This document shows positions 52,858 through 62,570 of a stretch of DNA of 64,000 bases, piece after piece. The notes beneath the pieces are model-generated. The model searched no databases. It saw only the letters and a program-made list of their open reading frames with translations, and was not told where the DNA came from. Positions within the stretch are counted from its first letter, which is position 1; each line of letters opens with the position of its first letter. Source of the stretch: Candidatus Uhrbacteria bacterium. GTDB taxonomy: Bacteria > Patescibacteriota > Patescibacteriia > GWA2-47-26. The position numbers and the translations under genes are program-made. Location: positions 4,525 to 68,524 of the forward strand of contig JACPJN010000008.1 of the NCBI GenBank assembly GCA_016187515.1. Reading direction: 5' to 3'.

Positions 52858-53805
52858 ATGTTAATTGATTATCACGCCCATGTAAATTTTGGCGCATTTA
52901 AGGATGATGCGGAGGCGGTGATCAAACGCGCGCTTGACAGCGGCGTTTTTATGATTTTAGTGGGCACGCAGATTGACACGTCGCGGCGCGCGGTGGAGAT
53001 GGCGTCTATGCACAAAACAGGCGTGTGGGCGTCGGTGGGATTGCATCCGATACATTTAGAAAAAACCGAGCGCGATGAGGAAGAGAGTCATTTTATTTCA
53101 CGCGCCGAGGTGTTTGATCCGGCTGCCTACCGCGCGTTGGCACAGCACGAAAAAGTTGCCGCAATAGGGGAGTGTGGCCTTGATTATTGGCACATTGTAG
53201 ATGCGCAGACCCCTCCTATCCTCCCCTTGGCAAGGGGAGGAAAAATTTCTCCCCCTCTTGGAGGGGGAGTGAGAGTGGGTCCGGAGTGGGTTCAGGAAGT
53301 CAAAGCGCGTCAGCACCGAACATTTCGCCAGCATCTTGATTTAGCCGACGAGCTGGATTTACCGCTAATTTTGCATTGCCGGGGGAGCGTGGGTGATCCA
53401 GAAGATGCCTACCGCGACATGCTGGTGATTTTGCGCGAGTACGTGGAAGGCGGAAAAATAAAACGGCGCGGCTCTATCCATTGTTTTGTGTCCACTTGGG
53501 ACATCGCGCAAGATTTTCTGGGCCTGGGATTTCATATTGGATTTACCGGTGTAATTACATTTGTAAAAAGTGGCGTTGGCCCGTATGATGAGGTGGTACG
53601 CAATGTGCCACTTGAGCGCATTCTGGTGGAAACCGATTGTCCGTATCTTGCGCCAGTCCCGATGCGGGGAAAGCGCAATGAGCCGCTCTACGTCCGCTAT
53701 GTGGCGGAAAAAGTGGCGGAGATCAAGGGGATGAATCGGATGGATGTGAAAAAGCAGTTGTTCGAGAATACGTTAAGAGTGTTCTATAAAATTTCCTCCC
53801 CTTAA
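52858..53805 (+). CDS. tatD: TatD-family metal-dependent hydrolase/DNase with an in-frame element insertion (53208-53282); its stop codon lies inside a terminal element (53793-)
   Basis: N-terminal IDYHAHVNF, LHCR and ETDCPYL motifs. Insertion encodes TPPILPLARGGKISPPLGGGVRVGPEW. Confidence 0.75.
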   Translation: MLIDYHAHVNFGAFKDDAEAVIKRALDSGVFMILVGTQIDTSRRAVEMASMHKTGVWASVGLHPIHLEKTERDEEESHFISRAEVFDPAAYRALAQHEKVAAIGECGLDYWHIVDAQTPPILPLARGGKISPPLGGGVRVGPEWVQEVKARQHRTFRQHLDLADELDLPLILHCRGSVGDPEDAYRDMLVILREYVEGGKIKRRGSIHCFVSTWDIAQDFLGLGFHIGFTGVITFVKSGVGPYDEVVRNVPLERILVETDCPYLAPVPMRGKRNEPLYVRYVAEKVAEIKGMNRMDVKKQLFENTLRVFYKISSP

Positions 53806-53910
53806 GATAAGGGGAGGTCAGGAGGCGTTATGAAAAGTTCATAACTCACCCCAGCCCTCTCTTATCTTTCCGCCCGAGGCGGATCCGCCTCGGGCGGAAA
53901 GAGAGGGGGA
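53793..53910. repeat. cluster of palindromic elements (family 1: TTCCTCCCCTTAAGATAAGGGGAGG..GTTATG / CATAACTCACCCCAGCCCTCTCTTATCTT, plus GGSASGG-type CCGCCCGAGGCGGATCCGCCTCGGGCGG)
   Basis: Read directly from the sequence. Provides the tatD stop codon. Confidence 0.6.
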
Positions 53911-54008
53911 TTGATAAAAAAAAGCCGCCGGATCCGGAGGGGGGCGCTGCGCGGATTGACTCACGCGCATCCGAATCCGACGGCGGGGTGTAGAAGGAGC
54001 GGGGCGGG

Positions 54009-54407
54009 CTATTTGGCGGACGGGTCCGCGGGCGGCGACGCCTCCGGGTGTTCGATGCCCTCGATGATGTCGAGGAAGAGTTCGCACTGGACAAGCGCCG
54101 CTTTGCTCATTCGGAGATGCTCTGCGAGTTGTTCTGCATTCGGCCTCCGGATACAAAATTCGATTTCGATGCCGACTTGAGTGTGCAAGAGTTGCGCCAT
54201 TGCATTGTAAAATGCCGGAGCATCACAACTCTCTTTCCACTCGGCATTGACCCTTCGCATCGCCGCGATGGCCCGCCGGCAGACCGTAGGTGAGAGACCG
54301 GTGAGTTGCTCGCCGAGTACTTGTATTTGTTTTTGTTTCATTGCCATTGCTGACATCCTCCTTTGTGGTATTGACAGTTGTGGTAGGTGCTGAATATAGG
54401 GTAACAT
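54009..54407 (-). CDS. hypothetical protein on the opposite strand in a GC-rich segment
   Basis: Only long ORF in the 53.9-54.4 kb GC-rich gap. No motif recognised. Start ambiguous (several in-frame Met). Confidence 0.3.
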   Translation of the reverse strand: MLPYIQHLPQLSIPQRRMSAMAMKQKQIQVLGEQLTGLSPTVCRRAIAAMRRVNAEWKESCDAPAFYNAMAQLLHTQVGIEIEFCIRRPNAEQLAEHLRMSKAALVQCELFLDIIEGIEHPEASPPADPSAK

Positions 54408-54419
54408 AGAACATAAGCT

Positions 54420-55238
54420 ATGTCAAGTGTATCCGTCATTATCCCGTGCTACAATGCCGAGCGCACGATTGAGCGGTGCTTGGAGTCAATTTTCGCGCAG
54501 ACGTATCGGAATGTTCACATTGTCATTGTGAATGATGGTTCTACGGATGCCACACTTTCAGTAGTGCACGATACGATTTCACGATTGCGCAATCGTGAAA
54601 TGCGTATCGAGGTGGTGTCGCAGGAAAATCGAGGGGCTAACGCGGCGAGAAATAGGGGATTTGCGGAATGTGTGACACATAACCCACCCCAACCCTCCCT
54701 TACCTTAAGGGAGGGGGAATCGTCCAGGGTTCCTCCCCTTAGGGTAAGGGGAGGTGAGGAAGGGTTACGAACCGCGCACTATGCGCTCTTCTGTGATGCG
54801 GATATTGTGCTCCGCCGCGACTGCCTTGAAAAAATGGTACGCGCGCTAGAGGAACACCCCGATGTATCATATGCTTACTCTTCATTTAAATTCGGATGGA
54901 AAACATTTAAGCTCTGGCCGTTTGATGCAGAGCGCTTGCATAAAATGCCATACATCCACACGACGTCGCTCATTCGCGCGGATCACTTTCCCGGTTGGGA
55001 TGAATCCATAAAACGCCTGCAGGACTGGGACCTTTGGCTTACCATGCTTGAACAAGGACACACCGGCGTATGGATTCCCGAAGTGCTATTTCGCGTGATA
55101 AATACCAAAGGCACCATGAGCACGTGGCTGCCCTCATTTGCCTATAACATCCCCAAATGGCTGGGAATACAACCCAAGGCCGTAATGCTCTATAATGAGG
55201 CCGTGGCGCGTATAAAAGCGAAACATAACCTAAAATAG
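54420..55238 (+). CDS. family 2 glycosyltransferase with an in-frame palindromic element insertion (54678-54769)
   Basis: VSVIIPCYNAERTIERCLESIFAQTY..VIVNDGSTD GT2 N-terminus. Insertion encodes HNPPQPSLTLREGESSRVPPLRVRGGEEGLR. Confidence 0.8.
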   Translation: MSSVSVIIPCYNAERTIERCLESIFAQTYRNVHIVIVNDGSTDATLSVVHDTISRLRNREMRIEVVSQENRGANAARNRGFAECVTHNPPQPSLTLREGESSRVPPLRVRGGEEGLRTAHYALFCDADIVLRRDCLEKMVRALEEHPDVSYAYSSFKFGWKTFKLWPFDAERLHKMPYIHTTSLIRADHFPGWDESIKRLQDWDLWLTMLEQGHTGVWIPEVLFRVINTKGTMSTWLPSFAYNIPKWLGIQPKAVMLYNEAVARIKAKHNLK

Positions 55239-55343
55239 TCATTCCGAGCGGCGCGTAAGCGAAGCGAGGAATCTCTTACGCCTGCCATGGTGAAGAGATT
55301 GCCACGTCGCTCCGACTGAAACGTCGGAGCTCCTCGCAATGAC
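55238..55343. repeat. ~105-nt MITE-like element with terminal inverted repeats GTCATTCCGAGCG...CGCTCCTCGCAATGAC and internal hairpins (AATCTCTT..AAGAGATT; GCTCCGAC-TGAAAC-GTCGGAGC)
   Basis: Starts at the last base of the GT2 stop codon and contains the candidate ATG (55339) of the ABC permease. Confidence 0.55.
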
Positions 55344-56151
55344 TGATAGAAATATGCGGAAATACTGGACAATTTTTCGGGTGGTGCTGGAAAATAATCT
55401 GATGTATCGCGGGCACGCGTTTGTCTGGATGCTTTTTGATTTGCTTTGGATCGGGGTCTTCCCGTTTATCTGGTTTTTCATTATTAATGCGCAGGGCGGG
55501 GAAATTCAAGGGTGGAACAACTCCGCAATTATTGTGTACTACGTGTTTATGGCGGTTTTGAGCAACATTGTTTTAATGCATCCGGAAGCCCATATGGCGT
55601 ATGAAATTTACGAAGGAAAATTTTCAAATTACGTGATAAAACCGCACAGTTATCTCCTCTATGTGTTTTTGCACGAAAGCGCCTATAAAATGGTGCGTTT
55701 TCTGGCGTTCATACCTTTTGCGGTGCCTTTGATTTGGGCAATACAGCACTTCGGCGGATCTGGCGCAGTGCTGCCGCAATTGCCGTTTATTATCCTGGCG
55801 ACTTTGTTGGCGATGCCGATTTTTTTCCTGGTGGCGGCCATCATCGGTATGACATGTTTTTGGCTGGAGGACTCCTACGCCGCGCGCACCATCTTCTGGG
55901 CCTCCTCCGGACTTTTCGGCGGGCAATATGCGCCATTTGAGCTCATGCCGCCGATCTTGAATACTGTTGCGTCTGCGCTGCCCTTTAAATATGCGATTTA
56001 TTTTCCTTTGCGGCTCATCAGTCAGCAAGTGCCGCGCGCGGAGATGCTGCGCGGCTTGGGAATACAGCTCGTATGGATTGCGGCACTTTTTGTTTTGAGT
56101 TCAATTATCTGGAAAAAAGGACTTAAGCGCTACAGCGCGGTAGGACGTTAG
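55339..56151 (+). CDS. ABC-2 family transporter permease
   Basis: Six predicted TM helices. Followed by a second permease and an ABC ATPase. An alternative start at 55354 is possible. Confidence 0.6.
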   Translation: MTDRNMRKYWTIFRVVLENNLMYRGHAFVWMLFDLLWIGVFPFIWFFIINAQGGEIQGWNNSAIIVYYVFMAVLSNIVLMHPEAHMAYEIYEGKFSNYVIKPHSYLLYVFLHESAYKMVRFLAFIPFAVPLIWAIQHFGGSGAVLPQLPFIILATLLAMPIFFLVAAIIGMTCFWLEDSYAARTIFWASSGLFGGQYAPFELMPPILNTVASALPFKYAIYFPLRLISQQVPRAEMLRGLGIQLVWIAALFVLSSIIWKKGLKRYSAVGR

Positions 56152-56155
56152 TGCT

Positions 56156-56941
56156 ATGCGGCGATATTTTAGAATCTTGAAAGTACTGGTGCGGGTGTCG
56201 TTTATTCGCGATATCGTATTTCGCGGAGCATTTTATATTGATTTATTTCACGCGGTACTCTGGCTGGGATTGTTTTTCCTAGTGATTGAGGTATTTTTTT
56301 CGCATACCGAATCCATCGTGGGTTGGACCAAAGGTAATTTGATCGTCCTGCTCGGAATATGGTCGCTTTTGGATGATCTGGCCAGTGGAACATTCTGGGA
56401 AGGCGTGAAACGGATTCCCACGCTTGTGGCCGATGGAAATATGGACTTTATTCTGACCCGTCCCGTAGATTCACAGTTCCTTATCGCGGCAGAACGTTTT
56501 CGGTTTAGTCGGGTGATTCCGCTTATCGCCGATATTGCGCTGATTTCTTATGGGCTTTCAATTGGCAGTATTGGTTCATTATGGACGATCCTGTTGGGAT
56601 TTCCCATTGTTATAATTGCCGGTTATCTGACCGTGTTATCCGTATTTTATCTGCTGCATACGCTGGGATTTTGGTTTTTACGCATTGATAACATTTGGGC
56701 GCTCTATGAGGGTATTGAAAATATCGGCAAGTACCCACTGGATGTGTTTGGGCGGCATATCAAACTGGTTTCGCTTACGGTAGTGCCGCTTACGGTCATG
56801 TTTACACTTCCGGCGGAAGCGCTTGTCGGATTTTTGTCCGGAGCAGAAGTAATCAACGCGCTGCTGGTGAGTGCCCTATTTTTATGGCTGACGCGGAAGT
56901 TTTATCAGTATTCGGTGCGGCGGTATAGCTCGGTGGCCTAG
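56156..56941 (+). CDS. ABC-2 family transporter permease (second membrane component)
   Basis: Polytopic membrane protein, paralogous architecture to the preceding gene. Confidence 0.6.
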   Translation: MRRYFRILKVLVRVSFIRDIVFRGAFYIDLFHAVLWLGLFFLVIEVFFSHTESIVGWTKGNLIVLLGIWSLLDDLASGTFWEGVKRIPTLVADGNMDFILTRPVDSQFLIAAERFRFSRVIPLIADIALISYGLSIGSIGSLWTILLGFPIVIIAGYLTVLSVFYLLHTLGFWFLRIDNIWALYEGIENIGKYPLDVFGRHIKLVSLTVVPLTVMFTLPAEALVGFLSGAEVINALLVSALFLWLTRKFYQYSVRRYSSVA

Positions 56942-56948
56942 CACGCTT

Positions 56949-57060
56949 CTCCTCCCCTTAGGGTAAGGGGAGGTTGGCCTGCCTGCGCAGGCAGGGAGGG
57001 GTTACGAGATGTGCATGGCTCATAACCCACCCTACCCTCCCTTATCTTAAGGGAGGGGAT
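56949..57060. repeat. intergenic palindromic element pair (family 1 arms CCTCCCCTTAGGGTAAGGGGAGG / CATAACCCACCCTACCCTCCCTTATCTTAAGGGAGGGG) enclosing GCCTGCCTGCGCAGGCAGG, the same hairpin found in the S elements
   Basis: Read directly from the sequence. Confidence 0.6.
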
Positions 57061-57094
57061 CCATTGATTTGTGCACAACTGCAATGTATAATAA

Positions 57095-58078
57095 ATGAAT
57101 ATGCTAATCATTGAAGTAAAAAATCTTACCAAGAAGTACGAATACTATAAAAAGGCCCCTGGGCTTTTGGCATCGGTAAAAAGTTTATTCCATCGCGAAA
57201 AACTTTATACGAAGGCCGTGGACAATATCTCGTTTTCCGTTGAAGAAGGAGAATTAGTCGGTTTTTTAGGTCCCAATGGCGCGGGAAAGACCACCACGCT
57301 CAAGATGCTCTCCGGAATTTTATATCCGACAAGCGGCGAAGCGCGCGTACTGGGTTACACGCCCTGGGAGCGCAAGAAACAGTATCAAAAGCAATTTGCC
57401 ATTGTGATGGGACAGAAAAATCAGTTGTGGTGGGATTTGCCGGCGATGGACAGTTTTATTTTGAACAAGGAAATTTACGAGGTGCCTGATGCGCAATTCA
57501 AGCAGACGGTGGACGAACTGGCCGAACTTCTGGAAATTAAGGATATTCTTGACGTGCAAGTGCGCAAACTCTCGCTGGGCCAGCGCATGAAGTGTGAACT
57601 TATCGCGGCGTTGCTACATCAGCCAAAAGTGCTATTTTTGGATGAGCCGACCATTGGCCTGGACGTGGTGTCGCAGCAAAAAATGCGTGAGTTTATCAAA
57701 ACGTACAATGAACAGAAAAAAACCACGATTTTGCTAACCTCGCATTATATGGAAGACGTGGAGGCGCTGTGCAAGCGGATTATTATTATTGATCACGGTC
57801 AAATTCTCTATGACGGCGCGCTTGCGGATCTGATGGAAAAGTATGTGGATCATAAAGTGCTGACGGTAACCTTTACCAAGGCGGTGGAGCGTGGCGATTT
57901 GGAAAAATATGGCGAGATTAAGGAGAGCGCGCCCTTTCGGGCGCTACTCCACATTCCAAAAACGGAGGTTAAAAAGTCCGCCGCCGCGATTCTGACCAAA
58001 CTGCCGGTTGATGATATTTTGATTGACGAGGTGCCGGTGGAGGAGGTGATACGCAAGATTTTTACGGCACACAGATAG
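57095..58078 (+). CDS. ABC transporter ATP-binding protein
   Basis: Walker A GPNGAGKTTTLKMLSG, ABC signature LSLGQRMK, Walker B VLFLDEPTIGLD. Confidence 0.85.
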   Translation: MNMLIIEVKNLTKKYEYYKKAPGLLASVKSLFHREKLYTKAVDNISFSVEEGELVGFLGPNGAGKTTTLKMLSGILYPTSGEARVLGYTPWERKKQYQKQFAIVMGQKNQLWWDLPAMDSFILNKEIYEVPDAQFKQTVDELAELLEIKDILDVQVRKLSLGQRMKCELIAALLHQPKVLFLDEPTIGLDVVSQQKMREFIKTYNEQKKTTILLTSHYMEDVEALCKRIIIIDHGQILYDGALADLMEKYVDHKVLTVTFTKAVERGDLEKYGEIKESAPFRALLHIPKTEVKKSAAAILTKLPVDDILIDEVPVEEVIRKIFTAHR

Positions 58079-58088
58079 CCACGGATCG

Positions 58089-59681
58089 ATGACCAGATTG
58101 CCACAGATCACGGATATGCGATTTCGTACTCTCGTTTTGATATTTCTTCTTGCCGAGCTTGTTTCATACACGGGATATTTTTTTCCAGCAATAAATACCG
58201 CGGGATTTTTTGTGACTGTGGCGGCGGCGTTGGTGCTATCGCTTAAGCGGCTGGAGTATGGATTGTATTTTGTATTGGCGGAATTGATTTTGGGAGGGAA
58301 AAGCGGAGCGCTGTTTTCTTTTGAATATGGGGGATTTTTTCTTTCGCTGCGCATGGCATTGTTTATCGTGATCATTGCAGTATGGTTTGCTAAAATGATC
58401 GGCCGCAAAAAGCTCACGATCGTGAGCTTTTTGCGGCAGCCATCTTTAAGATGGTGGGGCATTCTAGGTATCGCTGTGCTCTGGGGAATTATAGTTGGAC
58501 TTGCGCGCGGCAATGATTTTGGCAATGTGTTCCTAGATGCGAATGGATATTTTTATGCCGCATTAATTTTGCCAGTGTGGTGGGCGCTTAAGGGTGCGAA
58601 TTACGAATCCGTTGCGAATTCACGAATCTCGAATTCGGAGATTCGCAAATCCCAGTCGAATTCGCAATTCGCACCCCTCGGTACAGTGTTTTTTGCCGCC
58701 ACCACCCTCCTCGCGCTGAAGACGCTTTTTGCGGTGTATCTTTTTACCCACGCCGGCAGTAATTTTATTGGCGCGAATTTGGCGCCGTTTTATCGGTGGA
58801 TCAGGGATACCGGAGTAGGGGAGATTACTTGGCTGCCCGGAAATTTCGCAAGAGTGTTTTTCCAGAGTCAGATTTATAATGTGATGGCGTTTTTCGCGGT
58901 GCTGGTTATTCTGATGCGCACCCCCTCTCACTCCCCCTCGGAAAGGGGGAGAAATTGGTTGCAATTTCCTCCCCTTTTCAAGGGGAGGTTCGGAGGGGTC
59001 TTGATTCTCAATACCGCCGTCATCATTGTTTCCCTTTCCCGCAGTTTTTGGGTGGGGATGATCGCGGGATTGCTCGTGGTCGCGGTGGTCTCGGGCCGTA
59101 TCGGACGGATACGGCATATCGGACGCCTGGTCGGCCTCCTTGCGGGTTCCGCGGTCGCGGCAGTACTGCTGCTTCTTGCCTTCGCCCGTTTTCCATTCCC
59201 CAAACCGGCCCCGGCGGATTTGGGAACCGCGGTCCAAAGCCGGCTGGAAGCCGGAGACGCCGGACAAAGCCGCTGGAATCTTTTGCCGGCAATGTGGAGT
59301 ACCGTTCGTGAGCATCCAATCCTTGGCAGCGGATTTGGGCGCACGGTAACGTATATCTCGAATGATCCCAGAGTTCGTGAGGTTAGCCGTACCGGAGAAT
59401 ATACAACTTACGCTTTTGAATGGGGGTGGATTGACGTGTGGGTGAAGATGGGACTGATGGGACTTATAGGTCTTATCGGTCTTATGGGACGCATAGGAAT
59501 TATGCTCTACCGTCGGGCAAAAACTGACCCTCGGGCCTTGGCTGCTCTTGCAGTTCTCGCTGTTCTTGCTTCAATCAATATATTTACCCCCTACTTAAAT
59601 CACCCCTTGGGGCTGGGCATTTTAATCCTGCTTGCCGGGATAAGTATCGCTTGTCAGGAGAAGCGCCTTATGGTATCCTGA
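58089..59681 (+). CDS. large polytopic membrane protein (possible O-antigen ligase/polymerase-like) carrying three repeat insertions
   Basis: >10 TM helices. Insertions: the 34-nt CGATCG palindrome (58404-58437, encodes KKLTIVSF), GAATTCGC-type tandem repeats (58612-58680, ANSRISNSEIRKSQSNSQF), and a family-2 element (58918-59000, PSHSPSERGRNWLQFPPLFKGRFGGV). Confidence 0.4.
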   Translation: MTRLPQITDMRFRTLVLIFLLAELVSYTGYFFPAINTAGFFVTVAAALVLSLKRLEYGLYFVLAELILGGKSGALFSFEYGGFFLSLRMALFIVIIAVWFAKMIGRKKLTIVSFLRQPSLRWWGILGIAVLWGIIVGLARGNDFGNVFLDANGYFYAALILPVWWALKGANYESVANSRISNSEIRKSQSNSQFAPLGTVFFAATTLLALKTLFAVYLFTHAGSNFIGANLAPFYRWIRDTGVGEITWLPGNFARVFFQSQIYNVMAFFAVLVILMRTPSHSPSERGRNWLQFPPLFKGRFGGVLILNTAVIIVSLSRSFWVGMIAGLLVVAVVSGRIGRIRHIGRLVGLLAGSAVAAVLLLLAFARFPFPKPAPADLGTAVQSRLEAGDAGQSRWNLLPAMWSTVREHPILGSGFGRTVTYISNDPRVREVSRTGEYTTYAFEWGWIDVWVKMGLMGLIGLIGLMGRIGIMLYRRAKTDPRALAALAVLAVLASINIFTPYLNHPLGLGILILLAGISIACQEKRLMVS

Positions 59682-60067
59682 AAACGGCTATGGGAGCGCG
59701 TATATTGATTATCGCGACCACGATATTTACGTGGCTGCTGTGGGGATTTGTGCTGATCCGTTTTGAGCCATCGGCCGGCGCGCCCTGGTCGCTAATTTTA
59801 TTTTATGGGACGCTGACCCTCGCGCTGTTTGGAACTTTTCTCAATATCGGAATGGCCTGGAATACTCGGAATCTTGGACGCCTCCCACTCGGCGGCGAAA
59901 CCGGAATCATTATTCGGCACGCGGTATTGCTGACGTTATTTATTCTGGTCATTTTAAATCTGGCGGCAATCCGTCTGCTGCGCGTCTGGAGCGTAATTCC
60001 GCTCGCGCTCTTGGTTATCCTGATTGAATTTTTTCTTGACTCGCTTATCCGACGCGGCGCCCGCTAG
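59651..60067 (+). CDS. hypothetical membrane protein (4 TM)
   Basis: Hydrophobicity only. 31-nt overlap with the upstream gene. Confidence 0.35.
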   Translation: MSGEAPYGILKTAMGARILIIATTIFTWLLWGFVLIRFEPSAGAPWSLILFYGTLTLALFGTFLNIGMAWNTRNLGRLPLGGETGIIIRHAVLLTLFILVILNLAAIRLLRVWSVIPLALLVILIEFFLDSLIRRGAR

Positions 60068-60073
60068 CCCGAC

Positions 60074-60189
60074 CTATACTATATTCGTGGTCATTCGTCA
60101 GGCCGCCTGGTAAGCGCCTCGCCGGAATACTGCGGTTTTGGCGGCCGTCTATTCGTGGATATTCGTGTAAACTGCGCAGGAGTTAATTC
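60074..60189 (-). repeat. inverted copy of the CACGAATA-repeat / GGCCGCC-stem element (see 18453-18564), upstream of proS
   Basis: Reverse complement aligns with 18453-18564 at the flanks and outer stem. Confidence 0.5.
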
Positions 60190-60206
60190 TTCAACACTCT
60201 CATCCT

Positions 60207-61469
60207 ATGCGACAATCTTTGCTTTTCGGAAAAACCCTGCGCGAGCTTCAAAGCGATGAGGTTAGCGTGAACGCGAAGCTGCTGCTGCGCGGCGGTTTTA
60301 TTGACAAACTCATGTCCGGCAGTTATACCTATCTTCCTTTGGGGCTGGCGGTTTTGCAAAACATCGCGGCGCTTATCCGCCAAGAGATGAACGCGATCGG
60401 CGGACAGGAGGTCTTAATGCCGGCGCTGCATCCCAAGGAGGCCTGGGAACAAACCGGACGCTGGAAAGATCCCGGGCGCGAGGTGATGTTCCAGTTTTCC
60501 GGGCGCGGCGATCGCCAGTACGGTTTGGGCTGGACCCACGAGGAGATTATTACTCCGCTCGCCAAAAAATTCGTTTCCTCGTATAAGGACTTGCCGCTTA
60601 AGCTCTACCAGATCCAGACGAAATTTCGCGATGAGCCGCGCGCGAAATCCGGCCTGCTGCGGGGACGCGAATTTATGATGAAAGATCTTTATAGTTTCCA
60701 CGGGAGCGAAACGGATCTGGATGAGTTTTATGAAAGGGCCAAGGGCGCGTATTTAAAAATTTTTAAGCGCGCGGGTCTGGAGGCGATTTTAACGGAAGCG
60801 TCCGGGGGCGCCTTTAGCCAGTATTCGCACGAGTTTCAGGTGGCCACCCCGGCGGGTGAGGATATTGTTATCACTTGCGCCGGCTGCGATTATGCTCAAA
60901 ATCGAGAAATCGCGAAACAGAAATCCGGTGATGCTTGTACGCGCTGTAAAGGCGAGATCCAGGCGCAGCGCGCCATTGAAGTCGGTAATATCTTCAAATT
61001 AAAAACGCGTTTTACCGAGGCCGTTCGTTTTACTTATCGCGGCGAAGACGGAACGAGCAATCCGGTGCTGATGGGCTGCTACGGAATCGGGCTGGGCCGG
61101 GTTATGGGCGCGATCGTCGAGGTACATCATGATGAGCGCGGCATCCTCTGGCCAGAGGCGGTCGCGCCATTTTCGGCGCACCTCCTGCGTCTGCAGCGCG
61201 ACCGGCGCCTCGGTAAGACCGCGGACGCACTGTACGCGTCTTTACAAAAATCCGGGTTTAGCGTATTGTACGATGATCGCGAGGAATCCTCGATTGGCGA
61301 AAAACTCGCTGACGCGGATTTAATCGGTATTCCGCTGCGCCTGGTAATCAGCGAAAAAACGCTTGAAAAAAATCAAATCGAAGTGAAGCTGCGCGGCGAG
61401 CCGGCGGCGGCGCTGATGCCGGAAAAAGATTTAATCAAATATCTTAAAACGGTTTTGGGCAGGGTTTGA
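60207..61469 (+). CDS. proS: prolyl-tRNA synthetase (short form without INS editing domain)
   Basis: Class II motif 2 region YQIQTKFRDEPRAKSGLLRGREFMMKDLYSF. C-terminal zinc-binding CAGC..CTRC and anticodon-binding domain. Confidence 0.75.
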   Translation: MRQSLLFGKTLRELQSDEVSVNAKLLLRGGFIDKLMSGSYTYLPLGLAVLQNIAALIRQEMNAIGGQEVLMPALHPKEAWEQTGRWKDPGREVMFQFSGRGDRQYGLGWTHEEIITPLAKKFVSSYKDLPLKLYQIQTKFRDEPRAKSGLLRGREFMMKDLYSFHGSETDLDEFYERAKGAYLKIFKRAGLEAILTEASGGAFSQYSHEFQVATPAGEDIVITCAGCDYAQNREIAKQKSGDACTRCKGEIQAQRAIEVGNIFKLKTRFTEAVRFTYRGEDGTSNPVLMGCYGIGLGRVMGAIVEVHHDERGILWPEAVAPFSAHLLRLQRDRRLGKTADALYASLQKSGFSVLYDDREESSIGEKLADADLIGIPLRLVISEKTLEKNQIEVKLRGEPAAALMPEKDLIKYLKTVLGRV

Positions 61470-61506
61470 GCGCTATGCCCTTCACTACGGGGTTCTACTA
61501 CCGGAT

Positions 61507-62562
61507 ATGCTGGAGAAAATTTTCGGACATTTTTCCAAAGATGTCGGCATTGACTTGGGGACCGCCAATACCCTGGTGTACGTGCGCGATGCCGGGATTG
61601 TGATCAATGAACCCACGGTGGTCTCCATCAATACCCGCACGGATCAATTGGTGGCGGTCGGCTGCGCCGCGCGCGACATGATCGGCAAGACCCCGTCCTA
61701 TATTACCACCACCCGTCCGCTGATCAAGGGAATTATTTCGGATTTCGAAGTTACCGAAAAGATGCTGCGGCATTTCATCGAAAAGATTCACGCGGATACG
61801 ATGGCGTGGTATCCGCGCCCGCGCGTGGTCATCGGCGTGCCGCTGGACTTGACCGAAGTTGAACGCAAGGCCGTTGAAGACGCCGTGCTTTCCGCCGGAG
61901 CCCGGGCCGTTTATTTGGTTGAAGAACCCATGGCCGGCGCGATCGGCGCGCGCTTGCCGATTAAAGAAGCCGTGGGGACCATGCTGATCGACATCGGCGG
62001 GGGCGTTACGGAAATCGCGGTGCTCTCGCTTAGCGGAGCGGTAAATTGGCGCGTGATACCGATTGCCGGAAGCGAATTAAATCGCAGCATTATTCAGTAT
62101 GCCCGGGATATGTTCAACCTGCTCCTGGGGGAGCGCACCGCCGAGGAAATGAAAATTCGCATTGGTTCCGCGATTGAGCTGGCTACACCGCTCGAGGGTC
62201 CGATGCGCGGGCGCGACCTGTTAACCGGACTGCCGAAAGAAATTATGGTAACCGACAGCCAGATTCGCGAGGCAATTTCGCGGTCGGTAAAACAGATTAT
62301 TGAAAGCGTAAAACTTACCCTCGAGACCACCCCGCCGGAACTCGTTGCCGATATTTATGAACGCGGGATTGTCATGATGGGCGGGGGCGCGCTATTGCGC
62401 GGTCTGGATAAATTAATCGCCAAAGCGACCGAGATTCCGGTGCGCGTGGCGGATGATCCGCTTACTTGCGTAGTGCGGGGAACCGGGGTTATTCTTGAGG
62501 ATGACCTATTGCTGCATGAGATCGCGCTGCCCTCTCCTTCCACGGCCGGTATAATGCGCTAA
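61507..62562 (+). CDS. mreB: rod shape-determining protein MreB
   Basis: Actin-fold motifs DLGTANTLVYV, GGGVTEIAV. Typical length. Confidence 0.9.
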   Translation: MLEKIFGHFSKDVGIDLGTANTLVYVRDAGIVINEPTVVSINTRTDQLVAVGCAARDMIGKTPSYITTTRPLIKGIISDFEVTEKMLRHFIEKIHADTMAWYPRPRVVIGVPLDLTEVERKAVEDAVLSAGARAVYLVEEPMAGAIGARLPIKEAVGTMLIDIGGGVTEIAVLSLSGAVNWRVIPIAGSELNRSIIQYARDMFNLLLGERTAEEMKIRIGSAIELATPLEGPMRGRDLLTGLPKEIMVTDSQIREAISRSVKQIIESVKLTLETTPPELVADIYERGIVMMGGGALLRGLDKLIAKATEIPVRVADDPLTCVVRGTGVILEDDLLLHEIALPSPSTAGIMR

Positions 62563-62570
62563 CATAATAT

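Noticed and set aside
53839-54156. Minus-strand ORFs 53839-54156 and 53846-54094, and ORFs 49295-49516, 28537-28725, 30697-31035, 52063-52518
   Set aside because: They are read-throughs of palindromic or S elements (translations rich in P/G/R/S). The frame is not conserved between element copies.
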